Source: Eledone cirrhosa
Taxonomy: Eukaryota
Reading direction: 5' to 3'
Assembly (NCBI GenBank): GCA_964016885.1
Contig: OZ024745.1
Location: forward strand, 134,044,001-134,108,000
Length of the DNA stretch: 64,000 nt
Part shown: in pieces, positions 25,880 through 38,319 of the stretch
Layout of the letters: every line of letters begins with the position of its first letter
How positions within the stretch are numbered: the stretch's first letter is position 1
The notes under the pieces: model-generated
Told to the model about the DNA's origin: nothing
Databases searched by the model: none
Seen by the model: the letters and a program-made list of their open reading frames with translations, nothing else
Program-made: the position numbers and the translations under genes

Positions 25880-28800
25880 GCCCTTGAGTCTAGTAAGACA
25901 TCCTCTCTAGTGCTGGTGGCACAAATAAAAGCACCCAGTCCATGCTGTAAAGTGGCGCTGGTGTTAGGAAGGGCATCCAACCAGTGTATCAATGCCAAAA
26001 CGCTTATCAGCACAGCAACAAATAGGAACAACAACAAAATATGAAGACGTCGCATCTCAGAGTTGCAACACTTAATGTTGACACTCTCAGAGGTAGATCT
26101 GCTGAAATAGCGGAGATGCTGGATGTGTGCTGCGTGCAAGAGATGAGATGGAGAGGTGCCTCTGCGAGACTAGTCGTAGGCAAACGTCTTAGCTATAAGC
26201 TATTCTGGGTAGGTAAGGATGATGGGTTAGGGGGAGTAGGCATTTTCCTGGCTGAGAAATGGATCAATAAGACAATAGAGGTAGTTCGAGTTAGTAATCG
26301 AATAATTAAGCTTAGATTAGTTGTAGGCAGGAGACTACTGACAATCATCTCGGCCTATGCTCCCCAAGCAGGCCTAGGCAAAGATGAGAAAGACTGCTTT
26401 TACGAGCAACTTTTACAAACAACCGCAATGCCAGAGGAGGGAGACATCGTTATGCTAGCAGGAGACTTCAATGGTCATGTTGGACAGCTCCAGGATGATT
26501 ACACTGGGGTACATGGTGGGCACGGTTACGGCTCAAGAAATGAAGAATGAGTGAGACTTCTTGAATTTTGTGATGCAGGTACATTGACTATTTACAACAC
26601 AAACTTCCAGAAACCTGTCAATCACCTAATAACCTACAAATCTGGTGAGCACATAAGCCAGATTAACTTCTTACTAGTTAGGCAGCGGGACAGGCAGATA
26701 GTGTCTAATACCAAGGCATACCCTGGGGAAGAATGTACCCCACAGCATAGGTTAGTCGTTAGTGATATCTCAGTAAGCAAGAGATGGAATGAGACATACA
26801 GGAAGGTGTGGAGAAGAAAGGTCTGGAAGCAAAAAGACCTTTCACTAAAATACAAATTTAGGAAAGCCCTTCAAGATGTATATGACGAAAAAGAAGTCGA
26901 TTTAGAGACGTATGACAGATAATAACTGGAATTTCTTACGTGACAACTTGTTGCAGGCTACTGATGAAACTTGTGGCTGGAGCAGAGCTCCAACCAGACA
27001 GAGAGTGACCTGGTGGTGGAACAGCACAGTAGATAAGGCCATTAGAGACAAAAGACTAGCATGGAAGGCTTGGAAAAGGGGTGGGAGTAGGGAAGAATAT
27101 ACAGCCACTAAGAGAGAAGCTAGACGTTAAGTGTACTTAGCACGCAGGGAGGCGGAGAGTAGGAGGTTTGCCAATGTTCTGCGACGGGAAGATCAGAGGC
27201 GTGCGGTGTTCCACATTGCAAGGCAGTGTGTCAATGCAAATCAGGATGTTGTTGGAGATAAATGTGTCCGGGATGATGCCGGTGTACTTAGTGTCACGAA
27301 TGATCAGAAAAGGAGGCCTGGAAAGGTCATTATGAGAGACTGATGAATGTGGAGAACGAATGGGAGAGAGAGAAATTACCCTTACTAGATCCGACAGAGG
27401 GACCAGCTATTGAGATTGACGAATATAGGGTCCAAGAGGCGATTAGGGAAATGAAAAATGGTAAGGCTGCTGGACCATCGGGAATAGTTGCTGAGATGCT
27501 GAAGGCATCAGGGGACGTAGGCACTAAACTGGTTGCACGCATCATCAATCAGGCTATATATGGTGGTGTCATACCCAAAGACTGGTGTAGCAGTATTCTC
27601 ATAAATTGCTACAAAGGTAAAGGGGATGCTCTGGAGAGGAGCAATTATAGGGGTATAAAACTGATGGATCAGGTTATGAAAGTGGCAGAAAGGATATTAG
27701 CACAACTAATTAGAGAAAGGGTCAAACTAGATGAGATGCAGTTTGGTTTTGTGCCTGGAAAGAGTACAACAGATGCCCTCTTCTTGGTGAGACAATTGCA
27801 AGAGAGGTTCTTAGAGAAAAATAAGCCACTATACTTAGCCTTTGTTGACTTAGAGAAGGCCTTTGATAGGGTACCCCGATCTGTCATCTGGTGGTCCCTA
27901 AGGAAGCTAGGTGTTGAGGAATGGCTTGAGAGGACAGTGCAAACTTTGTACAGAGGTATATCAGTAAAGTCAGGGTAGGAATGGAGTTTAGTGAGGAATT
28001 CCAGATACAAGTAGGAGTACATCAAAGTTCGGTCCTCAGCCCGCTCTGGTTCATTATAGTCCTCCAAGCCATAACAGAGGAGTTTAAGACTGGCTGTCCA
28101 TGGGAACTTCTCTATGCTGACGATCTGGTTCTTATTGCAGAATCAGTAGAGGAGCTAGAGAATAAATTCCGGCTATGGAAACAGCAGTTGGAAGCAAGAG
28201 GACTGAGAGTGAACGTAACTAAGACAAAAGTGTTGATGAGTAGAAAAGAGGACAAAACCCTGATTCCGTCAGGGAAATGGCCATGTTCGATATGCAGAAA
28301 AGGAACTGGCATAAATTCTATAAAATGCACACAATGCAGATCCTGGGTACACAAGAGATGTAGCGGGATAGCAGGCAAACTAACAGGTAGGGATAAATAT
28401 GTATGCAGTAGATGTACAGGGAAATTAGACAGTAGAAGTCGCATTGATAGACACATTTTTCAGATGCAGGAGGGCGCTATAGAAGTGGTGGATAGCTTCC
28501 GGTACCTAGGAGATCAGATTAGCATGGGAGGAGGGTGTTCCGAGGCCATAGTATCTAGAATAAGGACGGGGTGGAAGAAGTTTAGGGAGCTGCTTCCTCT
28601 GTTGACGAAGAAGGGTTTCTCCCTGCGTACGAAAGGCCGGTTGTATGGTGCCTGTGTGAGGAGCGCGATGCTGCATCGTTGTGAGACATGCGCAGCAACT
28701 GCAGAGGATATGCGACGGCTGGAGAGAAATGAGGCAAGCATGCTCCGTTGGATGTGCAATGTAAAAGTGCGTGAACGACCCAGCATGAATGTGTTGAGAG

Positions 28801-29102
28801 AGAAACTGTGTCTGAGAGGGATAGAATGTAGTGTACGGGAGATGAGACTGGGGTGGTATGGACATGTGATGCGCATGGAGGATGACCGATGGGTGAAGAA
28901 GTGCCAGGAAATGCCAGTTGAAGGAAGATGTGGTAGAGGTAGACCACGAAAAACATGGGCGGAGGTGGTGAGAACAGACCTCAGATCATTGAAGCTCACA
29001 GTGGAGATGACGAAGGACCGTGATGAGTGGAGAGATGCTGTGCTGAATAAGACCCGTCCCACCCTTGCAAGCAGGGAAAAGCGGACGTAAAATGATGATG
29101 AT
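25880..29102 (+). mobile_element. Near-full-length decayed RTE-clade LINE
   Basis: 5' UTR with AGGAAGGGCATCC; APE and RT ORF fragments; 3' tail CGTAAAATGATGATGAT. Confidence 0.93.
26041..29090 (+). pseudogene. RTE ORF (APE endonuclease + RT with PHD-like Cys/His insert), disrupted by stops and frameshifts
   Basis: ATLNV, CVQE, SAYAPQ, GDFNGHVG, QHRLV (APE); KAAGPSG, NYRGIKL, FVDLEKAFDRV, GVHQ, LLYADDL, FRYLG, RGRPRKTW (RT). Split over at least 6 ORF pieces. Confidence 0.92.
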
Positions 29103-29110
29103 ATATATAT

Positions 29111-29152
<42 letters not shown>

Positions 29153-29305
29153 TTTCTGACGATTCTATCGATGAATTAGTGTCTGCAGTTCTGTTTATAT
29201 GCCAACACAAGAGCAAGAATGAAGGGTTCATTCTACTGACATGCCTTTAAAAATGAGGTTTGTTTGCATACGAATCGATGTTATTAATATTCGAAAATCT
29301 CAGAT

Positions 29306-29362
<57 letters not shown>

Positions 29363-29366
<4 letters not shown>

Positions 29367-29934
29367 ATGAGAAGAAAGAAGAATACTGCGTGGTTGCACA
29401 TGGGTTACATATGATAAAAATAGTCCTTTGTCAGTGATTTGCCAACCATCATTGATATTTCATCGCATTAAAAATCATATACCTCAGGTTGGTGCGAGCA
29501 ATAACTAAAAAAAGCTATTGGGACAAGTAAATCGCATAAAGCGAGTGAGACAAGTAAACAACATAGAAGGATGAAAGCAACCCAAAGATGGGAATAAACA
29601 AGCAACATGGTTATCCGGTCAGCATAAGCTGGGTGGATTTCATGAGCGATCGTGATACAGACCGTCCGACGTGAGTGAGATGTGAGCAAGAAGAGAGCCC
29701 ACTACTAACCAAACGGGAGGAAGTGAGAAGGGGAGAAACAGAGAGTGAGTGAGTGGAAGTGCGAGGAAGAGGTCAGTCGAAAGAAAGTGTAACTGACAGA
29801 GGGGGCGAAAGAAAGTGAGAGCAACAGAGAGAACGGGGAAGCAGTAAGAGAGAAACAGACAAACGCAGCCGAGGTAACTATATATATAAAAAAACATGAG
29901 AAGAAAGAAGAATACTGCGTGGTTGCACATGGGT

Positions 29935-29941
<7 letters not shown>
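29363..29941. mobile_element. Non-coding element bounded by ~49-bp direct repeats, inside (TA)n
   Basis: AAACATGAGAAGAAAGAAGAATACTGCGTGGTTGCACATGGGTTACATAT at 29363 and 29892. Confidence 0.6.
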
Positions 29942-29991
<50 letters not shown>

Positions 29992-30679
29992 GTATATACA
30001 GATATACACACACATATGCATATGGCTAAAATGTTATATCAATATGTGTGCATAATTCATACATCTCTCTCTTTCTCTCTCTCTATCTCTCTCTCCCTCT
30101 CTCTCCCTCTCTCTCCCTCTCTCTATCTCTATCTCTCTGCGTGTGTGCACGCTACGCCATGTGTGTGTGTGCGTGTGATATATGTACGTGTGATATGTAT
30201 GTGCACGCCACGCCATATATGTAGAGTGTGATAGGTGTATGAGTGTATATTCCCATTTTCAGTAAATCCTATGATACACAGTAGATAATATTACTTAAAC
30301 ATGAATCATAAATCTTCTGAGATGAAGGCTAGCAAATCATAGTTGTCATAGCATCATCGATACTGAACAATAAAATAACAAAACCTTCTACGAAATATAG
30401 AAAAATATTATAAAAAAGAAGCAAGATTCTTTTTCACTTCTTTTTAGAAATCATTGTTGATTTATTTACACTCGTTTGTTTCAGTTAATTTAGTTGTTTT
30501 CGTTTTAATTTCATTGTATTTGGAGTTCACTTTTTTGTTTGCATTATATTCTATTGATTTATATTATGACTTTCGGATGTAGCAATAACAATAGTATGGT
30601 ATTGCAGACAACAATAGTGGCATAAGTAATTTTTAGCCTAACGAATGCCACGAGTTACCGTTATAGTTCTGTTTCTATT

Positions 30680-30754
<75 letters not shown>

Positions 30755-30758
<4 letters not shown>

Positions 30759-30876
30759 TTAATATAGATGAGATTCTACAAGACTAGAACTGTTTCATTC
30801 TTTAGAAATCATCAGCTGATGATTTCTAAATAATGAAACAGTTCTAGTCCTGTAGAATCACATCTATATTAAAACT
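30755..30876. ncRNA. Palindrome of two back-to-back hammerhead cores lacking the 5' strand of stem I
   Basis: Axis TCATCAG|CTGATGA at 30815/30816. Each arm reads CTGATGA-T-TTC(TAAA)GAA-T-GAAA-CAGTTCTAG-TC (plus arm has TAA for GAA). Confidence 0.78.
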
Positions 30877-30942
30877 TTTATACTATGCAATGTATTGAGT
30901 ACCTTACTTACTGTGGTTACCTCCGATTCAACCCGGAATAAC

Positions 30943-30999
<57 letters not shown>

Positions 31000-31043
31000 A
31001 CATTGTACTGTCATTTGTTTTGTTATTTCTGTTTACTTGTTAC

Positions 31044-31084
<41 letters not shown>

Positions 31085-31232
31085 AGTATATGTTGGTTGT
31101 TTACCGACACCTCAGTATGCAGATTGGAGCACTCGACGAAGTACGTAGGTTGGTTTGTTTACTCCGGAGTAATGTAAAATAATTAAGTCAAATATGTAAA
31201 ATTTGTCTTCGTTTATTATAAATTATAGATAT

Positions 31233-31290
31233 ACTGCTACTATATATATTTCGGTGGCAGCCATCATTGGCTGTGACCTCTTCAGGCAGT
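31233..31290 (-). ncRNA. Type-I hammerhead ribozyme
   Basis: Minus strand: ACTGC-CTGAAGA-GGT-CA-CAGCCA(ATGA)TGGCTG-CC-ACC-GAAA-TATATATAG-TA|GCAGT, followed by AATAAA and a GAGTGC block shared with 4625-4685. Confidence 0.85.
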
Positions 31291-31464
31291 CCGAATTGGT
31301 GTGGAAAACACAAGTACACATGTTGTTGAAGTGTGTTTTACTCAGTCAATACAGCGATATGTCCAGCTCCTGGTTGTGTTGTTATTTCTCTGAGGAACTG
31401 GAATCATATGATTTTTATCCGACAATTTATCGCCCTAGCCTGAGAAATAATGAGAAATAATGAT

Positions 31465-31660
31465 TTCTGATTTAGACACCAATAGGAGGGGGAAATCGAT
31501 TAATTGAACCCCACTAAGTTACTGGTGCTTTATTTTATCAATGCCGTAAGAATGACAGGTAAATCTCACCTCGGCGGGATTTGAACTGAGAACGTAAGGG
31601 AAGGTAACTCTATGCTACATAGTTTCTGATACTTTACCGATACTGCCTATCCACCGACCT
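31465..31660 (-). mobile_element. Older OK-like SINE copy
   Basis: Diverged family match. Confidence 0.72.
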
Positions 31661-32180
31661 CAGTCTAAGATTATCAGAATTTATGAAAAGATATTTCGGA
31701 ACTTTATATAACTTTCTTTTAGATATTTTCAGTTCTTTCATTGTTTTCTATTATTTTAGTTCTTCTTTTGTCGGATTTCCTTTTTTTACCAACATTGTTT
31801 ACTTTTGATTAATATAAAAGAAATATTGAAAAGAAAGGAACAAAATATAACAAAAACAACTAGATGGAACAACATAACAACATTACGGTTTCTATTTACC
31901 AGAAGAGTGTTCTATCCGTCTACATTCTATTGACTTGTCTCGAAATCAATCGAAAGTCATTCAGTACGTTCTGATCTGCAGAAACATAATCACTTCTACA
32001 GTTTTTTCAATAGATAAAATATATTCCTTCTTTCCTTTAGATTTTTTAACCCTCAATGTTTTCTCTTAATCTATCCATCCATTCATAAAACTATTATATA
32101 TATTTCGATGCATATAACGTAAATACATATACACACACATTCATATGTATATGTTATATATATATATATATGTATATGTG

Positions 32181-32248
<68 letters not shown>

Positions 32249-32253
32249 ATGTG

Positions 32254-32338
<85 letters not shown>

Positions 32339-32353
32339 TGTGTTATATATATA

Positions 32354-33160
32354 CGTAGCCCAGCACATAGCTGGCATAAATAGGAATAGGCTCACTGCCT
32401 CTAATACCACCGTTAACCCCGGAGCCACCCAACAGAACCAGCACGCGGGACGCATCGGAACCCGGACAGGCCCAACGCACACCGGAACCCAACGACCCGG
32501 TGCTGATTGCGGAGGCTACCCAGCCAACCCCGAGTGATGGTAACCACGCGGTACATGTGGTGGAGCTTAAGAAGTCATGTAATTGCAGAGACCCATCACT
32601 ATGCCCCCTTAGTAATGAATGCATGACGAAAAACGTGGTCTACAGGTGCAAGGTCACAACCCCTAACTTGAAGCACCACTACATAGGATCCACAGTGACG
32701 AGCTTCAAAGATCGGTGGTATAACCATCGCCATTCCTTTAACAGAATAGATAAGAGGAAATGTACGGCCCTTTCTGAATTGATCTGGAAGCTCAAACTTG
32801 AAAAGACCCCGCACTCTCTGGTCTGGTCCGTGGTTAGAAAGGTTCCCCCAGACAGAGGCGGGTCTGGTATTTGCAACCTCTGTCTTAGTGAGACACTCGA
32901 GATTCTTCATGGCGGAACCAAGCTATTAAACAGAAGGGCCGACTTATTCGGTGCCTGCAGACACCTAAGGACGGGAACTTTCCTCAAGCTATATGGATAA
33001 ACCCCGGTTACGGCCTCCCACAACCCCCCCCCCCGCCCCTGTAGGTCCCTTACACCCCGTACCACTGACCAATCCATGGTTTGTGGTCCCTATCGTGGAT
33101 GGTCCACCGGATCCTCTACTGGTTAGGAGTCATCTAAACAACGTTTTATTGAACCTGATT
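32354..33160 (+). mobile_element. 5'-truncated Hydra-type PLE (linker + GIY-YIG + 3' UTR) in (TA)n
   Basis: [76 protein letters not shown]. Confidence 0.88.
32500..33000 (+). CDS. GIY-YIG endonuclease domain (element fragment, no RT)
   Basis: Open 166-aa frame with the motifs above; the start is not a genuine initiation site. Confidence 0.7.
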   Translation: MLIAEATQPTPSDGNHAVHVVELKKSCNCRDPSLCPLSNECMTKNVVYRCKVTTPNLKHHYIGSTVTSFKDRWYNHRHSFNRIDKRKCTALSELIWKLKLEKTPHSLVWSVVRKVPPDRGGSGICNLCLSETLEILHGGTKLLNRRADLFGACRHLRTGTFLKLYG

Positions 33161-33389
33161 TTATATATATATGTATGTGTATATCATGTGTATATATATA
33201 TGTATTTTATATGTGTATATATGTGTATTTTATATATATGTATGTCTTATGTTGTTTATTACATAACTATATATATATACATATATATTTTACTCATATA
33301 TATATATATATATATATATAAATACACATATATATACACATATATATATACACACACATATACATACATATACATAAATATATACACAC

Positions 33390-33423
<34 letters not shown>

Positions 33424-33425
<2 letters not shown>

Positions 33426-34330
33426 AAGGCGGGTAAAATTTCCTAGATCCATGGACGAGTTCTCTCCAGCAGTCTTTGTCCTTCATCATCGCTGCCATGT
33501 CCTGCGTCTCCAAGAGACCAGTGTCTGTCCTTAGGGCATCAACATATGTTAACCTCGGTCTTCCTCTTCCAGTGTGTCCATGCAGGTGCTCCCACAGGAG
33601 TACTGAGTGCAGTGTCAACTCTGGATGTCGGTGAGCATGTCCAGCTAACCTCAGTCTCCGTTGTGTTACTTTCGAGCTGACCTTTGGGAGGCTCCCGTAC
33701 AGCTCTGAGTTCTTCATCCTCATTATATACTGGTCAATGTTCAGAGCCATCCTCAGCATTCTCGTGTATCACCCATCCACCATCTGAGTGAGTTTCTTGG
33801 TCAGTGTCTAAGTCTCATACCCGTACAGTAGCACAGACTCCACTACAGCAACGAAGACGGATCTTCACATCTTTACGAAGGTGCGACTTCCACACCGATC
33901 TCAAACTGTGGCACGCCGCCCAGGCTTTGCTCTTCCTCTCAACCACATCATCCTCTGTGTTTCCAATCTTTGCTCCCAGATACAGGAAGTCCTCAACCAA
34001 TTCTAGTGGCTTCCCGCCTACATTCATAATCTTCTCTAGCTTCTTAATGTTCTCTACCAGATACTTTGTCTTAATCTCATTCATTCTGAGCCTGACACTC
34101 ATCAATACAGTCTCCACCTCCTGCATCAACTCCTCTGCCTCCTTCACTGTGTTTGTCACCAAAACTCTGTCGTCGGAAAATTCAGCATCCGATATCTGTT
34201 TCGCCTTAACTCTCTTTCTCTGAGCCAGTGTTACAGTAAAGCCAGAGTCCTGGTGTTTCTCCAGCGCAAGGTGCATACAATAGTCCACTGCGTTGATAAA
34301 AAGGAAGGGAGCCAATGTATCAAGACAGCC
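33424..34330 (-). mobile_element. RTE-like LINE 3' fragment (RT C-terminal half), decayed
   Basis: APFLF, EFSDD, DFLYLG, RRLRLAGH, GRGRPRLTYVD; homologous to 41539-41927. Confidence 0.87.
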
Positions 34331-35815
34331 ATGATTTACTGTTACAATACCAAGTCACCAAACTTTAACCAGCCCTTCAGTTGCAGCCGATACGGCCGTA
34401 TCCACCTGTTCTATATTGGCCTCAACAGCCACCAGCGTTCCTGCAGTTAACGTGGACCACTCCCTTCATAATCTTCATCCACAAAGCCAAGCCGTGATCA
34501 ATATTTTAGTGTTGTGGTAATAAAATATAGCGAATATGTCATATTTCAGTGTTAGTCCATTTAATCCAGTGATGTGAGCTTCCAATAATTAGAAGATAGC
34601 AAAATGGAGACATTGGGTAAGATATATGATCTTGTATTTCGATAAATTACATTGTTATCGTCTTTTAGTATAAATTTCTTTTCATCAGTGCATAACTCAC
34701 ATCTGTTTGTTTCACGGTCCTTTGATGATCAAGAATCTGTTCTTTCTATCAACATCATATTCTTTCAATTTCCAGTTGTAATTGGATGATATTGTATTCT
34801 TTTCTGTGCGTTTGAAGAAGAAGAATGATTGATATAATGTTATTTAGACCTCCCGCTATTATAAGTTTGTAAGCGTAGAGATATCCGATCTTCTTGGCAT
34901 ACCGAAAACATTGGATTATATAGTGATGTTGGATTGGCGCAACATACCAACCATATATATTAAATACAGTTAAGAAAGGTTTTATTGATACTTTCAAAAA
35001 CTAATACTTAAACTAAATATAGTGAGGGCGGCAGATTGATGCCGCAATGCGTTGAAATCAAGGAAATCAGTTACTTCTTGCAGATAGTACCCTAACACCA
35101 GATTCTTAAACCTCTTCTTTATCTCTGCTATTGTTATTCTATGTATTTTTTCGTGTACTTTATTTTTATTATGGACCATCAATATTCAAATATTCAAGAT
35201 GAAATCTACTGAATTTTTCCGACATTTTCAAAGGCTCGACAATGACTATAAGTACTGCCGCTCGTTGCAGGAGTTTCATTTTGTGTTTGGGTGACACATT
35301 TCAATTTCATTATGTCAGGGAGGGACTAATGTTTCATCTTCTAAACACTAAAACGAGTTCAGTGACACTAAACGGTCAGAGAACTGATTTAGCTGGAATG
35401 GAAACTAATTTGCTTCAGATGTACTGCATGGAGACGAAGTTTTCAATGGTGCCTCTCTAACCTAGTCAATGGCGGTATTCACAATCTTATATCAATACAG
35501 ACGGCTTTAATAATTGTATAATGTAGCAATCAATATATTGATATCTTTTGACACGTCAGAAGACTAATTTTTGTACTAATGGATACATTCGATAGAATCA
35601 ACTGGATAGCATTAAGTTTGTGTGACATTTAGTCTGACACTTCACCGCTTCTACTAATTATATCGGCCTCCCATAGCTAATACATTGTTTAGAAAGAATG
35701 TTTGTTTGCTTTAAAATTCAATTAACACCAAATTGGTGATTTACAACTGCAGACAAAAGTTCGCAGCCAAACGATATGTGTTTATTAGCTAGCGTTCATT
35801 TATACATACATACAT

Positions 35816-36410
35816 GAAAGAGTGATGGTGGAATGTTCTAGTAAAAATCCCAATAAAATGCAGGCAGAACAGACCAGATATAATGATATGGGACAGGGAA
35901 AAGAAGGCATGCACAGTAGGGGAGGTTAGCTGCCCTGCAGATGCCAATGTAATATCAAAGATTAGCGAAAAGGAGAATATTTATGCAGAACTAATGAGAA
36001 ATCTACAGATACTCCACCCTGATTATACCTTCAAATTTATACCTGTGATTATTGGGGCACTAGGATATGTTAGTAACTGCCTCAATACAAATCTTGAGAA
36101 GCTGGGTTTCACAGAAACAGAAAGAACACAACTAGTTAGGAAATTACAAGTACAATCCATTAATGGAACAGTAAAAATATGTAAAACATTCCAAAAATGT
36201 TGCTTCTAATAACTGCATATACACATGTACAGATACAAAGCATATACACATGCACACATACAACTCAAAACATACACATCCATATCTACACATGCATGCA
36301 TACATAATCTACCTAGTTGATGTTGTGTAAATTCCAATGAGAGAGTCTTGTGTCTGTGTTAGAAACCGACTCTCTATTGGGAAAAAATTTGTGAAATTAT
36401 AAAACCAGAA
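35816..36410 (+). mobile_element. R4/Dong-clade non-LTR 3' fragment in a (CATA)n microsatellite
   Basis: NRPDIMIWD..EVSCP..EK..Y..L..FIPVIIGALG restriction-like endonuclease motifs; TACATACATACAT on the 5' side and (CATA)n 36411-36470 on the 3' side. Confidence 0.85.
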
Positions 36411-36440
36411 CATACATACATACATACATACATACATACA

Positions 36441-36471
<31 letters not shown>

Positions 36472-38319
36472 GTATATTGACAGTGAAAGTCCAATTTCTT
36501 TTTACTTATCTCGAAATCAAAGTATCCTATGGACAACAAATCTAAATATGTTCACTTAAATATCTGTTTGCTAACATATTGACGTCAGAATAGGTAGGAA
36601 CACATTTATATGAACTAAAAAAATGGAAATATCTGAGGATGTTCTTAGGCCCCCATCTTATTCGGCTTTATCCAAGATATCTGCGTAATATATACCTGAT
36701 GTCATTTCTTTTTACATATCAGATATTTAAAGCAGTACATATTGATTTTAATACCAGTTTTTGCAAGGGTGAATGAAAGCATAACAGACTGATTCAACCG
36801 AATTATATTAATAATACTTACTTTATTTTGCTCTGAATGGATTAAAGGCAAATCCGAATCCATTTGGATTTGAAATCTGAATGCAGAAATACGAAAATAG
36901 ATTTAATTAAATCAACCAAGCACTTGACTGATACTTATTTCATCGATCTCAGAAAAGATCGAAGCCAAAATTGACCCCTGCTGGTTTTGAACTTAGAATA
37001 TTGAAATACATAAATAGAAAGAATAATTGCATTTAATATAATGCTTTACAGTGTCTGACAAATTTTAAAGTATTGATTTCTTCCTGAAGCAGAAAAGATT
37101 TTCTGTGACATACATACAGATTATGGCGTAGAACATTTCATTTAATTGTTATCCATTTGAAATGACAATCGGCAACGTTTTAGTTATTATACTCATTGTA
37201 TATTTCTTCCGTATTATATAAGGCATAATGGTAGTATACCTGCCTTCAGCAAATTATGGTCAGCTGAAATGGTAGTATACCTGAACATATGCCTTCAGCA
37301 ACTGATGGTAAGCTGAACTGTTAGAATGCATAACATAATTATGTGATATGTTTAGGGGTTGAATAGAGTGAGATAGTAGAGATTTGATAAAGAGATTGAA
37401 ATCGTAAAATTGAAACTGCTATTTCTATATATAAACGGATTTACCAACTCGAAACAATATCTAAGGTAAGTGATATATTACAGTGTATTACTGTGGGGAA
37501 GGAGCAGCTGTAATAGCCCAGAATTAGCCGTGCTAACCTGATGGGGAGCGTACAATGGCATAGAGTGATAAAGTATGCAATGCCATATTGGTGATTGTAA
37601 TGATGTGTTTGCTTGTAATGTCGCTAAACTTTGGGGGTTTTTTCCGTGTGAATAGAAATTCTTGTATGACACTTTTCAAGGCCTCGGTGACTAGTGAGAG
37701 AAGGAAGTTATTCGACCTGGCTTCAATGTTTTCAACTGAGTAGAATCTGGTGAAGACGCCTAATGACCACTTGGTGTTGTGAAACCAATTAAATCTATCA
37801 GCCACATCAAGAACTTTCTATATGAAAGGATTCTATTTAATTTCGTGTTACTCAAAATTTCACGATCCGAGTCTATCGTATGTCTCCAAAGTTTAACGCA
37901 ATCATATCGAATCCGAAATCCTTTTGTTGCTCCGAAATCCTTTTGTCGCTCATTCCCATTAATTGAGGAGTATTTTTCCTTTTCTCTTGTTTTCCACAAA
38001 CGGCAAAATATGGACGGCAAATAAACGTAAGAATAAAATATTTAATCTCGACATGAGTTTGTTAAACTGTTGAGTTTGGTGTCAGGTAAAATGTTTTGGG
38101 ATATTTTGTTGTGATATTTAAATCCCTCCTAAGTGGACATTGCTTTTGTCGTAGTGAACTCCGTATAGACGAACTATACGGGGTTCACTAATATAAATTC
38201 AAGAGACGTTATCAACATCTGTACTACTTTACATCAGGAACAGGAAAACATTTTTTTTTTTTTTCAGTGTCTTGATTTCTCTGAAAATTTGTAAATCAAG
38301 GATATAATCGCTTTACTAC

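Noticed and set aside
38152-38190. 17-bp-arm hairpin TAGTGAACTCCGTATAG..CTATACGGGGTTCACTA
   Set aside because: It is isolated, with no second copy or context to assign a function.
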